A stretch of 64,000 nt of DNA from Octopus vulgaris. Its lineage: Eukaryota. A model generated the notes under the pieces. It saw only the letters and a list, made by a program, of their open reading frames with translations, had not been told where the DNA came from and ran no database searches. Shown here one piece after another: positions 38,895-52,773 of the stretch. The translations under genes and the position numbers were made by a program. Each line of letters opens with the position of its first letter. Positions within the stretch are counted from its first letter, which is position 1. The stretch lies in contig OX597838.1 of the NCBI GenBank assembly GCA_951406725.2, positions 28,644,001-28,708,000 on the forward strand. The letters are read 5' to 3'.

Positions 38895-41800
38895 AAATAT
38901 TCAATCAATTTTTTACAAGCTTGTCAAAAGCTGAAAAGTGAAAAGTTAAAAAAAGCAATTGCTATATGTGACACAGACACACAAAAAAAACAGTCTTTTG
39001 TTTTTTAATGCTTAGTAAAATAAATTAGGTAAAATAAATTGTCGTGTTTAACTCTTTTGTCTGCACATTTCAGTTGAAATACATTGACTTTGTTTCAATT
39101 AATTTCAAAAACAATGAAGAATTTAATAAAAACAATTTTGCCATTATTATTAAGCTGGTGTTTCGAAGAAATTAATGTGAAGTTTTTATGGAAGGTTTTA
39201 ATTTACACCACTTTTGTTTTATAGAACTACGGTGTGAATGGGTGGGTGAGTGTCTCAGGCATATTGGTGTCAGAAGGGTTAGATATTTAAATTAAAACCT
39301 AGCATTGCATTTGGAAGATTCATAAAGCCTGACAATTTATTGCCGTAGATTAAATCACTGAGAGATTAACTTCATAAACCATTTTATGATAGTTTTTCAT
39401 TCGACAACGTTGATTGTATCTGAAGCACTGATCATGTACTTTCCACAATGTTGAATGCTGAAAGTACATGTTGACAGCATTCATCATTAAAGTTCAAAAA
39501 TCACTGCCAGGTCTGTTTATAGTTTGTTTAGGATGCCATTTTTTTTTTTATAGAACAGATGTACTTGGTAAGGGTAGTAAAAGTGCAGATGTTCAATATT
39601 TTTACTCTTTTACTTGTTTCAGTCATTTGACTGTGGCCATGCTGAAGCACCACCTTTAGTTGAGCAAATTGACCCCAGGACTTATTCTTTGTAAGCCTAG
39701 TACTTATTCTATCGGTCTCTTTTGCCGAACCGCTAAGTTACAGGAACGTAAACGCACCAGCATTGGTTGTCAAGCGATGTTGGGGAGACAAACACACAAA
39801 CATATACACACAAACATACATATATATATGATGGGCTTCTTTCAGTTTCCATTTACCAAATCTACTCACAAGGCTTTGATTGACCCTGAGGCTATAGTAG
39901 AAGACACTTGCCCAAGGTGCCATGCAGTGGGACTGAACCCGGAACCATGTGGTTCGTAAGCAAGCGACTTACCACACAGCCTCTCCTACGCCTATTTTAT
40001 ATAGCAATTGTAATAAACCAAACTAAATTCCATACAATATAATAAGTTTGCATTATTATACATGAAAGATATTTTTTCCTGAGATTTCATTATCAATAAT
40101 TAAGGGTGAACATTATACTCAAGTGTGTATTATATATGAACATACTTCTTTTTGTTATATAAATCTGTTCCTAAAATTCACAGGAATGTGGATGAAGCTA
40201 TATACATAGGATAAGTGTACCTTACCTGTCAATTGGTGCTGGTTTGTTTACATCCTTGAAATTTAGTATTTTGACAAAAAGGAGGATAGAATAATTACTA
40301 GGCTTAAAATAAGCACTGGGGTAGATTTGATCGACTAAACTTTTCAAGACAGTGCCCCAGCGTTGCTGCAGTCCAATGACTGAAACCAGCAAAAGATGTG
40401 CATGCACACACTTTATTTGTGGGTTAACAAGGCTGCTAATGGTTTCATGTAAAGAAGAATCTCTTAACAATTATCAAGCCTGCTACACAGGAACATTAAT
40501 ACCCATAGCAGGCTTGATAATTGTTAAGAGATTTCTCTCTACATGAAACCATTGGCAGCCTTGTTAACCCCCAAATAAAGAATATTTATCCACCAATGCA
40601 GTGTTGAGCTCCCATTTTCATTGTTCAATATTAGGGTGGCAAGTTGGCAGAAACGTTAGCACACCGGGCGAAATGCTTAGCAGTATTTCATCTGCCGCTA
40701 CATTCTGAGTTCAAATTCCGTCGAGGTCGACTTCACCTTTCATCCTTTCGGGGTCGATTAAATAAGTACCAGTTATGCACTGGGGTCTATTATATCAACT
40801 TAACCCTTTAGCATTCAGATTATTCTGTCAAATATATTTATTCATCCATATTGTTTTAAGCTAATCATGCATTATTTCGTAGCTTTAAGATTTCCATGAT
40901 GTTATCACCTGTTTTTAGATTGACATTATAGGTTGGTGTGAGATACCAAATCTGGGCAGTTTTAACAGAAAATAGGTAGATTATTTGGGCCGGATATGGC
41001 CGGTTTAAACACTAAAGGGTTAATCAATTTGTCTGTCTTTGTTTGTCCTCTCTGTGTTTAGCCCCTTGTGGGTAATAAAGAAATAGGTATTTTGTTTGCC
41101 GTTACATTCTGAGTTCAAATTTCACCGAGGTCGACTTTGCCTTTCGGGCTCAATTAAATAACTACCAGTTACACCCTGGGGTCGATGTAATTGACTTATC
41201 CCTTTGTCTGTCTTTGTCCCCTCTATGTTTAGCCCACTGCGGGCAAGAAATAAATAAAAAATATTAGTCTGTGTGTGTGTGTAATCAGCAATGGTGTAGA
41301 GCAGCCTTAGAGAATAATGTACTCTGATGTACTTGCTGACATACATATGTAGTTTTAATTAAAATTTTGAATTGTTATATCCACATGTATTAATTGGGTT
41401 TTTTTTCCCCCCCCTAAACAAATACATCATTATTCCATAATGAATGAATTTCAATCAATTGTGTAAATGTAATAGTGGAATGTTTAATAAGTAAGCACAG
41501 ACACAACTGCTATTGTTTTCTAATCTAGTCTCTTATTTGCAATGGGCTTCAGTAGCAGTGGTGATGGTGGAGGAGGAGGACTCTCCCGTTGTGAACAGCA
41601 GATGAGGATTCTACAACCTTTTGCTGCACAGATGATTTGCTTATTGTGGTGGCTGTGTGTGGTAAGGTGGAGGCACGTGGCTGAGCGGTTAGGGTGCGGA
41701 CTCATGATTGTAAGATTGTGGTTTTGATTTCTGGGCCGAGTGATGCATTGTGTTCTTGAGCAAAACTCTTCACTTCATGTTGCTCCAGTCCACTCAGCTG

Positions 41801-42365
41801 TAGAAATGGGTACCACCAGTGGAAGTGCATGGCTTAGTGGTTAGGGTGTTGGACTTACGATTATAAAATTATAGTGTTGATCCCTGGACCTGACGATCCA
41901 TTGTGTTCTTGAGCAAAGCTCTTCATTTCACATTGCTCCGGTCCACTCAGCTGTAGAAATGAGTTTAGCCTGGGGAGGGATGGGCCCTGCCAGGCTTTCT
42001 TGCCCCAGATATGCTGCATGGGGTTAAGGGATTTGCCAGTTGTCAATTGTGTGTTAAGAAATTTGCTTCCCAACCACTTGGTTCCAGCTTCAGAGGCCAG
42101 ATTTGGCTGATTTGGACATAAACCAGGTAGAATATTTGAGTTGGGTATGGCTGGTTTGAATGCTGAAGGATTAAATATTAGGAAATTATTTAAAATAATT
42201 GTTAAGGTATTTTGTGTATTGTAGAAGCATAACCAGTTTATTGTGTATAAATTTTAACAATAAACTCTTATATTGACCTCCAAGGGTCGTAAGGTCCCTC
42301 GTTGAGAACCACTGGCATAAAGGATCCCTCACCAGCATGAGTTTTTCTTCATTCAACTTGTAATG

Positions 42366-42832
42366 GTGTACTATTTAAGAAGAGTGGTCCCGGTGCGCGT
42401 ACTCGTGCATCCGCGCTAGCTAGTCGGGACTAGTCAATCCTACAACGACTACCTATCCTATAACAAATGTTCATACAAATTCGGTCGAAAGTTATTAGAA
42501 GAATGTTGTTTAGAAAAAAGAATTTATTTACTTTGTTTAAAAAAAAATATTTACTTTGTATTTTTGTGTTTTATTTACTTTGTTTCAAAAAAAATTTTCT
42601 TTGTGTAAAAAATTATTTTGTTTAAAAAACACCCTATATGTTTAAAATACCCTTCTAAGTTATGATGGGGGTACCAAACGTTTATCTAATAACTTATAAT
42701 TTTCAACCAAATTTGTATGAACATTTGTTATAGGATAGGTAGTCGTTGTAGGATCGACTAGTCATGACTAGCTAGTGCGGATGCACGAGTACGCGAGTGC
42801 ACGCACCGGGACCACTCTTCTTAAATAGTACC
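42366..42832. mobile_element. Mutator-like fold-back MITE
   Basis: About 135-bp TIRs GTACTATTTAAGAAGAGTGGTCCCGGTGCG..., with an 8-9 bp target duplication (c)ttgtaatg at 42357-42365 and 42832-42840. Confidence 0.85.
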
Positions 42833-43872
42833 TTGTAATGATGGGTACTTTGTACTACCAGCGTGAAAATAAAATGATTTGGCATGGCTGACTGGACATG
42901 CTACCGGTTTTGGAGACAGTACTTCTTGCCATAGGAGACAAACAATGCACAAACAAGAAATATGCACATACAGATATAAAACCCCTTACTTGAAAAACAG
43001 ATAAGGTTTAGTATTAAAAAAGGTATCTGCCGCCCCGACTGGCCTTGTGCCGGTGGCATGTAAAAAGCACCATCCGATTGTGGCCGTTTGCCAGCCTTGT
43101 CTGGCACGTAAAAGCACCCACTACACTCACGGAGTGGTTGGCGTTAGGAAGGGCATCCAGCCGTAGAAACATTGCCAGATCAGACTGGGCCTGGTGCAGC
43201 CTTCTGGCTTCCCAGACCCCAGTTGAACCGTTCAACCCATGCTAGCATGGAAAGCGGACGCTAAACGATGATGATGATGATGATGATATTCCACCTAACC
43301 CAGGCTAGCATAGAAAAATGGATGTCAAAACGAATAATTTCCATAGTTCATGACATTCTACCAATCTATGCTTGAAAGAAGAACCCTTTTCCAAATTCTC
43401 AGAAGTCATTTATATTTATATTTATAGCCCCTTGAATTTGTTTGTATAAATTTTACTATCTGGACTGTTTGCTGTACCGACATGTAATGTGTGAAATGTT
43501 GTAAATAAAACAAAACAAAAGGTTTTGCACTTCTATATCTTAACCGTGCTGCTAGGCAACATATGCTGTGACTGAAATCCTAGAAATAGGAGTCAATGAA
43601 TCTCTACATAGTTGCTCAATCTGTTGGAAATAACTGCTAAAATGTCCAAATTACATTCTACCACCCTCAAAAAAAAAAAAGGTGGTGGGATTTCTACTAG
43701 ATACACAAAAAGATAGAACTGGTCACAGATGGAAGTCCTTTGATCATATGTTAGCTTGATCGGGGGCAGACCTGGGGCTAAGTAACAACAAATTCAAAAG
43801 ATTGTTAAACTACTCATAACGTAAGTAAATTGTTCTCAGTGTTTTAGTCCCTTGTGGCTAATAAAAGGGGGG

Positions 43873-43912
<40 letters not shown>

Positions 43913-44676
43913 TATTATTACCATTAATTAAGGCATTGAGTTGGCAGCATCATTTGTGCATCACACAAAATACTTAGCAGCTTTTCTTCTGGCCCCTTGT
44001 GTTCTGAGCTCCCCCTCCACAAGTACCAGTTTTGTACTGGAGTCAGTGATATCAACCTGTCCCCTCTCCTCAGAATTCCTGGCCTTTTGCCAAAACTAGA
44101 AAGAATTAATTACCATTACTGAGGCGGCAAGCTGGCAGAATCATTAGCATGTCGGACCAAATACTTAGTGGCATTTCTTCCAGCTCTCTGCATTCTGAGT
44201 TCTAATTCTGCTGAGGTCGACTTTGCCTTTCAGACATTTAGGGGTCAATAAAGTAAAGTGCTATTCATGTACTGAGGTTGATTGTATCGGTTAACTCTCT
44301 TCCCCTCAAATTACCGGTCTTATGCCAAAATTTGAAGTATCATCATCATCATCATCATCATAAAGTCCACTTTTCAGTGCTTGCATGGTCCAGCTGGAAA
44401 TTGTTGAGACAGAATTTCTATGGCAAGATACCCTCCCAGTTGTGCTGTTTCTAAGCAAGGTAATATTTCTCCATAGTCAGACATGTTTTCACTGAATATT
44501 GAAGATGAATGACACTGCTTGTATGTCAGTGACACCCATTTACATCTATGATGCGATGTCAAAGCAAAGAGAGACACACGCGCGCGTTTGACAAATTGTG
44601 TGTGGTAGATCTCAATATCATTGGAAACAAGACTATATATATATATATTGAATGATACAGTTAGAGCGACTTACAT

Positions 44677-44726
44677 ACAGGACTTTAAGTTTCTGCATCA
44701 GAAATATGATGCACTTCTTCAGGTGT
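44677..44726 (-). ncRNA. Hammerhead-like motif
   Basis: Minus strand reads acac CUGAAGA ag ugcauca-uauuuc-ugaugca GAAAC uuaaa GUC cugu. Stem II is 7 bp, with a GUC triplet. Confidence 0.55.
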
Positions 44727-45865
44727 CACAAGTCTAGTGCTCTTAGCACTGTCAGTTACAAACGTGCATATATTTGATAGGTTTCTTTCAATTTCCTTCT
44801 GTTAAATCCACTCCTAAGGTTTAGTTCGCCTGAGGCTTCCCAAGATGCCATACAGTAGAACTGATCCTGTAACCATTTGGTTGGGAAGCAAAGTTTTTAA
44901 CCACACAACTACAAACCTCGAAACTCATGATTAGAAAGAAAACTTATTATCTGACCATGCCTGTGTCCCTGGTATATAAAATGCAACCTCTTCTTTTAAA
45001 GTGTTCGTTTTTAATTCAAAACATTTTATCATAATTTTATGTAAGTCTCCTTTGTACTAATGTTTCAAATATTATTATTATTAACAGATCAACAAAGGAT
45101 TTTGGGGTAAAAGGTTTTAATTACAGTATGAACACTTTAAACCAGAGATTTTGTATGACAGAAGGCCACTACCCACCCTTCTTTTAATTAAGCCATAAAA
45201 TGCACATATACTGTTGTTGATTCAGTCAATTATATTCCTCTTCCTGGCTTTACGGTGGTCTCTTTGTGTCTAATTAAGACAAACATTATTCTAATAGCAG
45301 CATCAATTAATTTGATTTTATTATAATTAATGTTTCAAGTACTGGTAACTAATTCCATTTGTGAAATTGGATTGCTGGCCAAAAGCAATTAAATGTTACT
45401 CTAACTAAATATTACTAAAATATCTCAATTTCTACCCCCCCCCCCCTTTTATTAAAAGGCATGGATGTGTAGTAAGAAGTTTGCTTCCCAACCACATGGT
45501 TCTGGGTTCAGTTCCACTCTGTGGCATCTTGGGCAAGTGTCTTCTCCTATAACCCTGGGCTGATATTGTTTTTACCTTCATGCTCCCAATCTTGAATATT
45601 TCTATTTCGAAATCTTTGTATTTTGACAGTTTCTCCACTTCTTTTCAGGCAACATTTTGGTCAGAAGGGATTGCAATGTCCATCAGTAAGCAGGTGTTTT
45701 CTTCTCAGTCCTTCATTTTTATATAATACCTGGGCATTTCACTGAGATTTCTTTATTGGTTTGAAGAGGTATATACCAGATGATTGTGGCCCAGTCATTT
45801 TCGTGTACCTTGTTTGGCATATGCTTATGCCATTTCTTGTTTGTTTCTTGTTGTAGTGTTGGCAT

Positions 45866-47299
45866 CAGAGTTGTGAAGTCAGAACAAAAAAACTTTGACT
45901 CTAACTCTGACTCCGACTCCTGTACAGCACCTCTGACTCCGACTCCTGTACGGCATCTCTGACTCCGACTCCTGTACGGCACCTCTGACTCTGACTCCTG
46001 TACGGCACCTCTGACCCCAACTCCTCTTTATGTAATCAAATGATTATGGTCTACGCATCTCGTAAAGCATATGAAATACACTTGTACTTTGAGTAGGCCT
46101 ATATGTTATAACTGGTTTATATTAACCCTTTCGTTACTATATTTCTGACCAAAATACACCCCTCATGAGTTTCAATTAAATTCTAAAATAATCATGAATC
46201 TAGGCTTGTTTCGTTAAATAACTGTAACTTTTTTACTTATCAACATATTAATGTGATATTTGGAACATAATTAAAGAAAGGGTTCTTAATCAATTCTATT
46301 GCATAACTTTTGTCTCAAAGTGACTTTAATTACAGGTAAATCCAGGTAAATTGAGCAAAAGGTAAAAATATTAAAATTTTAAATTGAGCAAAAGGTAAAA
46401 ATATTAAAATTTTGTTTAAACATCACCATAGAAAATGAATCATCAGCTAATATTCAAATGGGTATGCAACAAAATTTTGATAAAGAAGAATTGTGCACAT
46501 CACTATATCATAAAGGTGGAATGAAGTGAAATACTGGAATCCACCGTAAGTTTGACCGAACTAAAGAAATCGGTCAAAAAATAATATACGGCCCTGGTTA
46601 TGGTATGGAAGTGATAAATTCCAGACCACATCGTTCCCAAGGCCATGCTGACTAACATTATTTTCCCTGTATGAAAACTAAATCCACGCAGTACCCAGTA
46701 TTTGCTTCACAAATTTTCCGAAATTTGAACCCCCATTTTGTGTTTGTTTACAGTCTGCGTAAATTTGTTTCCACATTGATCGCTTCAAACATTAACTTCC
46801 AGACCACATCATACCCTAAGCCATGCTGACTAACATTAGTTTCCCTGTATAAAAACTAAATCCACAACAGTACCCAGTATTTGTTTCACAAATTTTCTAA
46901 TTCGGAATCAATGCTTGATAACATGAAACTCCTATCCATTTTCAAAGTTGAAGAAAAATCGATGCCGAAAAAAATGTGGAAAAAAATCTCCCAAAATTCA
47001 GGGAATTAAAATTACACATCGATCGTTGTACAAAACTGTAGATGAATTGTTTACGAAGTATAATCACGTGTTTTCACGAATGTACTAAAGAGATTTGCTC
47101 TGATATTCTCATTTAAATATGAATAGGTAAATTCGGGCGGTTTGGTCACATTAACCAAAATTTTTTTGGGGCGGCTTTGGGCGCTTTGGTAACGAAAGGG
47201 TTAAAGAATAAAGACATTGTGAGTCGGAATCAGAGTCAGTATAGTTTTACTAACTCTGACTCCAGCCACCCCTTAATTGTTTCCAACTCCACAACCCTG
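45866..47299. mobile_element. hAT-type MITE
   Basis: Ends CAGAGTTGTGAAGTC / AACTCCACAACCCTG, an exact 8-bp TSD GTTGGCAT (45858-45865, 47300-47307), and internal (GACTCC)n repeats. Confidence 0.85.
46126..47200. mobile_element. Non-autonomous piggyBac element
   Basis: TIR CCCTTTCGTTAC / GTAACGAAAGGG with TTAA on both sides. Confidence 0.9.
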
Positions 47300-49719
47300 G
47301 TTGGCATGTTGCCCAGTGGATATAACTACTTGATTGTGTCTGTATGTATAATATATTCAAATTTGACCGAGATTGAGCAGCTAGTGATGATGTGGCCAAC
47401 AGTCTTGTGATGGTTGCGCATTCAGAATTGTTAACACGCCAGGCAAAATGGTTAATGACACTTCTTCCATCTTTACATTCTCAGTTCAAACTCTGCCATG
47501 GTTGATTTTGTCTTTCATCTTTTTGGGGTTGATGAGAATAAGTACCAGCTTAGCACTGGGGGTCAACATAATCGACTTACGTATCCCCACACCAAAAAAC
47601 AAAACAAAAAATACAAACAAAAAATTACTGGCCTTATGCCAAAATTTGAAACCATCATCATCGTCATCAAAATGTTAGTAACAATTAAATATTTATATGG
47701 AACACAATTTTTTTTTAAAATCTGTTTTACATCAGTTTCATTACGTAATCATAGAATGGTTTTGAAACTTTGCATGTCTGTATGTATAAGGGAGCAAGTA
47801 TTTATTTTTACAGCTGGGTTAGTCATAAGACAGAGGCAAGAGTGTTAATTTTCACGCAGACAATGAAATGGAGCAGATAAAATATAAATGGTTAGCGCTT
47901 ACACAGTTTGGTTGTGGCATTAGTAATAAAGGGGAGTGGTAAAATTCTTCTCTCTTTTGTCATATTTTTGTGAAAATATCTAAAATTTGCCATTTACAAG
48001 CAATGTTTTACACTGTTTTTTGCTTTTTATTCTTTTATTTGTTTCAGTCATTTGACTGCGGCCATGCTGGAGCATTGCCTTTAGTCGAACATATTGACCC
48101 CAGGACTTTATTCTTTCTAAGCCTAGTAGTTATTCTATCAGTCTCTTTTGCCAAACCACTAAGTTACAGGGATGTAAACCCACCAACATTGGTTGTCAAG
48201 TGATAGTGGTGGGGAGAAACACAGAAACACAAACATATATATATATACATACACAACGGGCTTCTTTCAGTTTCTGTCTACCAAATCCACTCACAAGGCT
48301 TTGGTTGGCCTGAGGCTATAGTAGAAGACACATGTTCTAGGTGCCATGTAGTGGTACTGAACCCGGAACCATGTGGTTGGTAAACAAGCTACTTACCACA
48401 CAGCCACTCCTGCGCCTACTATGGTTATAATTTTTCAGACTATTAACTTCATCATCATCATCATCATCATCATCATCTTCATCATCACCACCATCATCAT
48501 CATCTGTCCACTTTTCCATGTTTGCGTGGCACAGATGGGATTTGTTGAGTGGATTTAGTAGATGGAAACTGAGAGAAGCCCGTCTTATATCTATGTGTAT
48601 GTGTGGCTTTGTGCCTGTATTTGTCCCTGTAACTTAGCTGTTCAGCAAAAGAGACCAATAAAATAAGTATTAGACTTTAAAAAAAAAAGCCCCTGGGTCA
48701 ATTTGTTCAACTCAAAGCCCTTCAAGGCAGTGCTCCAACATGGCTGCAGTCAAATAACTGAAACAAGTAAGAGATAAAAAAATAAAAACACTGGGTTGGA
48801 TTTCAACTAGGAGACTCTTGCCCATAACTGAGGGCATAATGCCCTTAGTGAAGGCACATGGCTCAGTGGTTAGAGTGTCAGGATCACAATCATGAGGTAG
48901 TGAGTTCGATTCCCGAACCGGGCTGTGTTGTGTTCTTGAGCAAGACACTTTATTTCACGTTGCTGCAGTTCACTCATCTGTAGAAATGAGTTGCAACATC
49001 ACTGGTGCCAAGTTGTATCGGCCCCTATGCCTTTCCCTGGTAAGCATGGCTAATTGCTGGTCTTCCATAAACAATCTTGCTCAAACTTGTGCCTCAGAGG
49101 GGAACTTTCTAGGTGCAATCCCATGGTCATTCGTGACCGAAGGGGGTCTTTAATGCTCTCATCCATTAAGTCATTGATGTAGTATAGATATTCTTGTCAT
49201 CCTTTTTTTACATTGACCTTTTTCATGCAGGCATAAGTTGGACAGGACTTTCTGGCGCTGCACTCTTTGGCCTGAGGCCATTCCTGATGCCAGCTGTTAC
49301 ATGTCCCCCCCAATTTTTTCTTCTATATTATGATGTCCAGAATGTAAGACATTGGCAATAACATCCTACCACGATTCTCTTCTATTTCTTACCACTGCAT
49401 TGTAGTAGTTGTTGTTGTTGTTGTTAAATATGAGAAGGCATTTTTGCAGCATGACTTCTCAAAACTAGATGCCAGAAGCACTTCTAGTGGCTATAACATA
49501 TACATTGTTAAAAGTTCTGCTCAGCCAAGTTAAATATAAATGAAGAGAAAAACCTATGAAGGAGTGGCTGTGTGGTAAGTAGCTTGCTAACCAACCACAT
49601 GGTTCTGGGTTCAGTCCCACTGCGTGGCACCTTGGGCAAGTGTCTTCTGCTATAGCCCCGGGCCGACCAATGCCTTGTGAGTGGATTTGGTAGACGGAAA
49701 CTGAAAGAAGCCCGTCATA

Positions 49720-49761
<42 letters not shown>

Positions 49762-50237
49762 GTGTGTGTCTGTTTGTCCCTCTAGCATTGCTTGACAACC
49801 GATGCTGGTGTGTTTACGTCCCCGTTACTTAGCGGTTTGGCAAAATAGACCGATAGAATAAGTACTGGGCTTACAAAAGAATAAGTCCCGGGCTCGAGTT
49901 GCTCGATTAAAGGCGGTGCTCCAGCATGGCCGCAGTCAAATGACTGAAACAAGTAAAAGAGTAAAAGAGAATATTTGAGCCAATTTTAGTTATTTTGCAG
50001 ATGTATTTTCAGGTCTTTATTTACTGATAAAGACAGAGATGCTGGCATGGCTTTGCGGGTTAAGATGTTTGTTTTTGAACCACATGGCTTGGGGTTCACT
50101 TTCACTGTGTAGACACTGTCAGCTGGTGTCCTGTTTTATTATTATTTAATAATATTATAGTCACTACTTGATCAGTATCTTGTGAGTATAAAATTTGATT
50201 GTCAGGACCTAAACAAAGTTCATTACGTATGTGTGTG

Positions 50238-50278
<41 letters not shown>

Positions 50279-52737
50279 ATGTGTGTGTATATATATATAT
50301 ATATAATCATCATCATCATCATCATCGTTTGACTGGGGTATGGGAAGCCAGGAGGCTGCACCAGGCTCCAATCTGATCTGGCAGTGTTTCTATAGCTGGA
50401 TGCCCTTCCTAATGCCAACCACTCTGAGAGTGTAGTAGGTGCCTTTTATGTGCCACCGGCATATATATATATGTATATATATATATATTTAACAAAAGCA
50501 CAAGAAATGAAAAATTTTGCAAAAACATAACAAACAAAAAATTTGTAGCTTATTCTTCATCAGTCAATTTCCAAAAGATCATTACAGTTTTGCTCCCTCA
50601 ATGTTGATTTACTTCACTTTTGGTGGCGAAAAGCCACTGGAAATAGCTAACAAATGTACAGGACAATGAAGGAAACATACATATACAACAAAAAAAGCCA
50701 TGCAACAACAAGACAGTTAGATATGGGGGGGGGGGGGTTATGTTGTTAAAAACAGCTTCCCAGCCACTTGTTTTCAGGTTCAGTCCCATTATGTAGTATT
50801 TGGCAAGTGTCTTCTACTAAGTCCTGAGCCAGTCAGTATCTTGTGAGTAAATTTTGCAGACAGAAACTGTAAGAAAGCCTGTCGTGTGTGTGTGTGTGTG
50901 TGTTTGTATCTGTGTTTGTTCCCTACCACTGTAACTTAATAATTTTGCAAAAGAAACCGATAGAATAAGTACCAGAGTCGGTTTGTTTTGACTAAACCCT
51001 TCGAGGCAGTGCCCCAGCTTGGCCACAGTCCAACGGCTGAACCCAGTAAAAGATAAGTGATAAAAACCAACAATAGTTGTGAGGAGTGAGAGACAGACAC
51101 GGATGTTTCCCTTACTCAACTTGTTTCAGTTTGGCTAGTTACGGAAATATGATAAATAAATGTTTATTAAGGACTTTTGTTGCATTGTAAACTTGCTAAC
51201 TTCTTTTCATATTGTTTATTTATGACAAGGTCAAATCTTGGGCTGAGTAACATTTTTCAAAAAGATTTTCCTTTTCTGTCTTTTTTTTTCTTTTCTTTTT
51301 TCATCTATTTTGTAAAAACAATTCTCTTAGCTATGTATCCTGTTATCAACTGGTTCTTTTGAGAGTTGTTTGTATGAGGTTTATCTTAGCTTGACTCTTC
51401 CCATGAGCAAAAAAAAATTCTTAATTGTACCTTTTTTTCTTCTTGACACATATGTATATAATAGATAACATCATATGCTGTCTATTATATACATATTATT
51501 TGCAAACACACTTAGTATTGTTGTGAATATTGCTTCAGGGGTTGTGTGTGTTCGTTGCTTAGCCAGAGGAAGAGAGGCAGCACACACGACACTTTTCAAG
51601 ATCTCTGGGATAAGTGGATGGAAGAAAGAAAAAATTATTCTATATCTGAAGACCTGGCCTGGACATTTGCAGCCAAGTAGTCTCTGCTAAAGGAACCACT
51701 CAAGTACCAAGTGCTGGTGTTTTCCTGCAATATTGTAGACTCCACTTAACATGTCAAGAACCAAACGGTGGTGTTTTATGCTGAGATAAACACCACAGTT
51801 TGATTCAGATTCACACTCGAAAACTTGTCTGTTATGACGCAAAAGCTTTTAGTAAAGAAACAAACATCGCTACAAATGGTTTCCCCAATTCTAAATATCC
51901 TAACGATTTGTGAGATGCTGAAAGAAACCAATACTTCATAGTGAAATTACAGTGACAGGGCACTTCACAGGGCTTGTACCAAGCAATAGAAGAAACTTCA
52001 AATTACTGAAGCTAAAAACAAGTGGAAATAAACAAATTTGCAAACATGGTTAGGCGCAGGAGTGGCTGTGTGGTAAGTAGCTTGCTAACCAACCACATGG
52101 TTCTGGGTTCAGTCCCACTGCGTGGTATCTTGGGCAAGTGTCTTCTGCTATAGCCCCGGGCCGACCAATGCCTTGTGAGTGGATTTGGTAGTCGGAAACT
52201 GAAAGAAGTCTATCGTATATATGTATATATATATATATATGTGTGTGTGTTTGTGTGTTTGTCCCCCTAGCATTGCTTGACAACCGATGCTGGTGTGTTT
52301 ACGTCCCTATCACTTAGCGGTTTGACAAGAGAGACCGATAGAATAAGTACTGGGCTTACAAAGAATAAGTCCCGGGGTCGATTTGCTCGACTAAAGGCGG
52401 TGCTCCAGCATGGCCACAGTCAAATGACTGAAACAAGTAAAAGAGTAAGAGTATGGTTAACCTACATCATTCTATCAGCATAGGAATGGATAGGAATAAT
52501 ATATCTTTTGTCTTTTACTTGTTTCAATCATTAGATTGTGGCCATGCTGGGGCACAGCCTTGAAAAATTTTTGTTGAACGAATTGACCCCAGTATGAATT
52601 TTTTTTTTTATGCCTGGTACTTATTCTATTGGCCCCTTTTTTGCCAGACTGCTAAGTTTTGGGGATGTAAACACATCAACACCAGTTTTCAAGTGTTGGT
52701 GGTGGTGGTGGTGGAGGGACAAATATACACAAGGACA

Positions 52738-52773
<36 letters not shown>

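Larger units (their letters stand above)
45560..47415 (-). mobile_element. R4/Dong-type (restriction-like endonuclease) LINE relic split by nested MITEs
   Basis: With frameshifts: TVGHIITSC...RHNQV...IHWATCQ | KWHKHMPNKVHENDWATIIWYIPLQTNKEISVKCPGII...LLMDIAIPSDQNVA*KEVEKLSKYKDFEIEI. This matches a CCHC-knuckle end plus RLE motifs. Confidence 0.8.

Noticed and set aside
51700-52030. Possible Tc1 transposase remnant (W.PQ-like motif)
   Set aside because: Too degenerate to support without a profile search.
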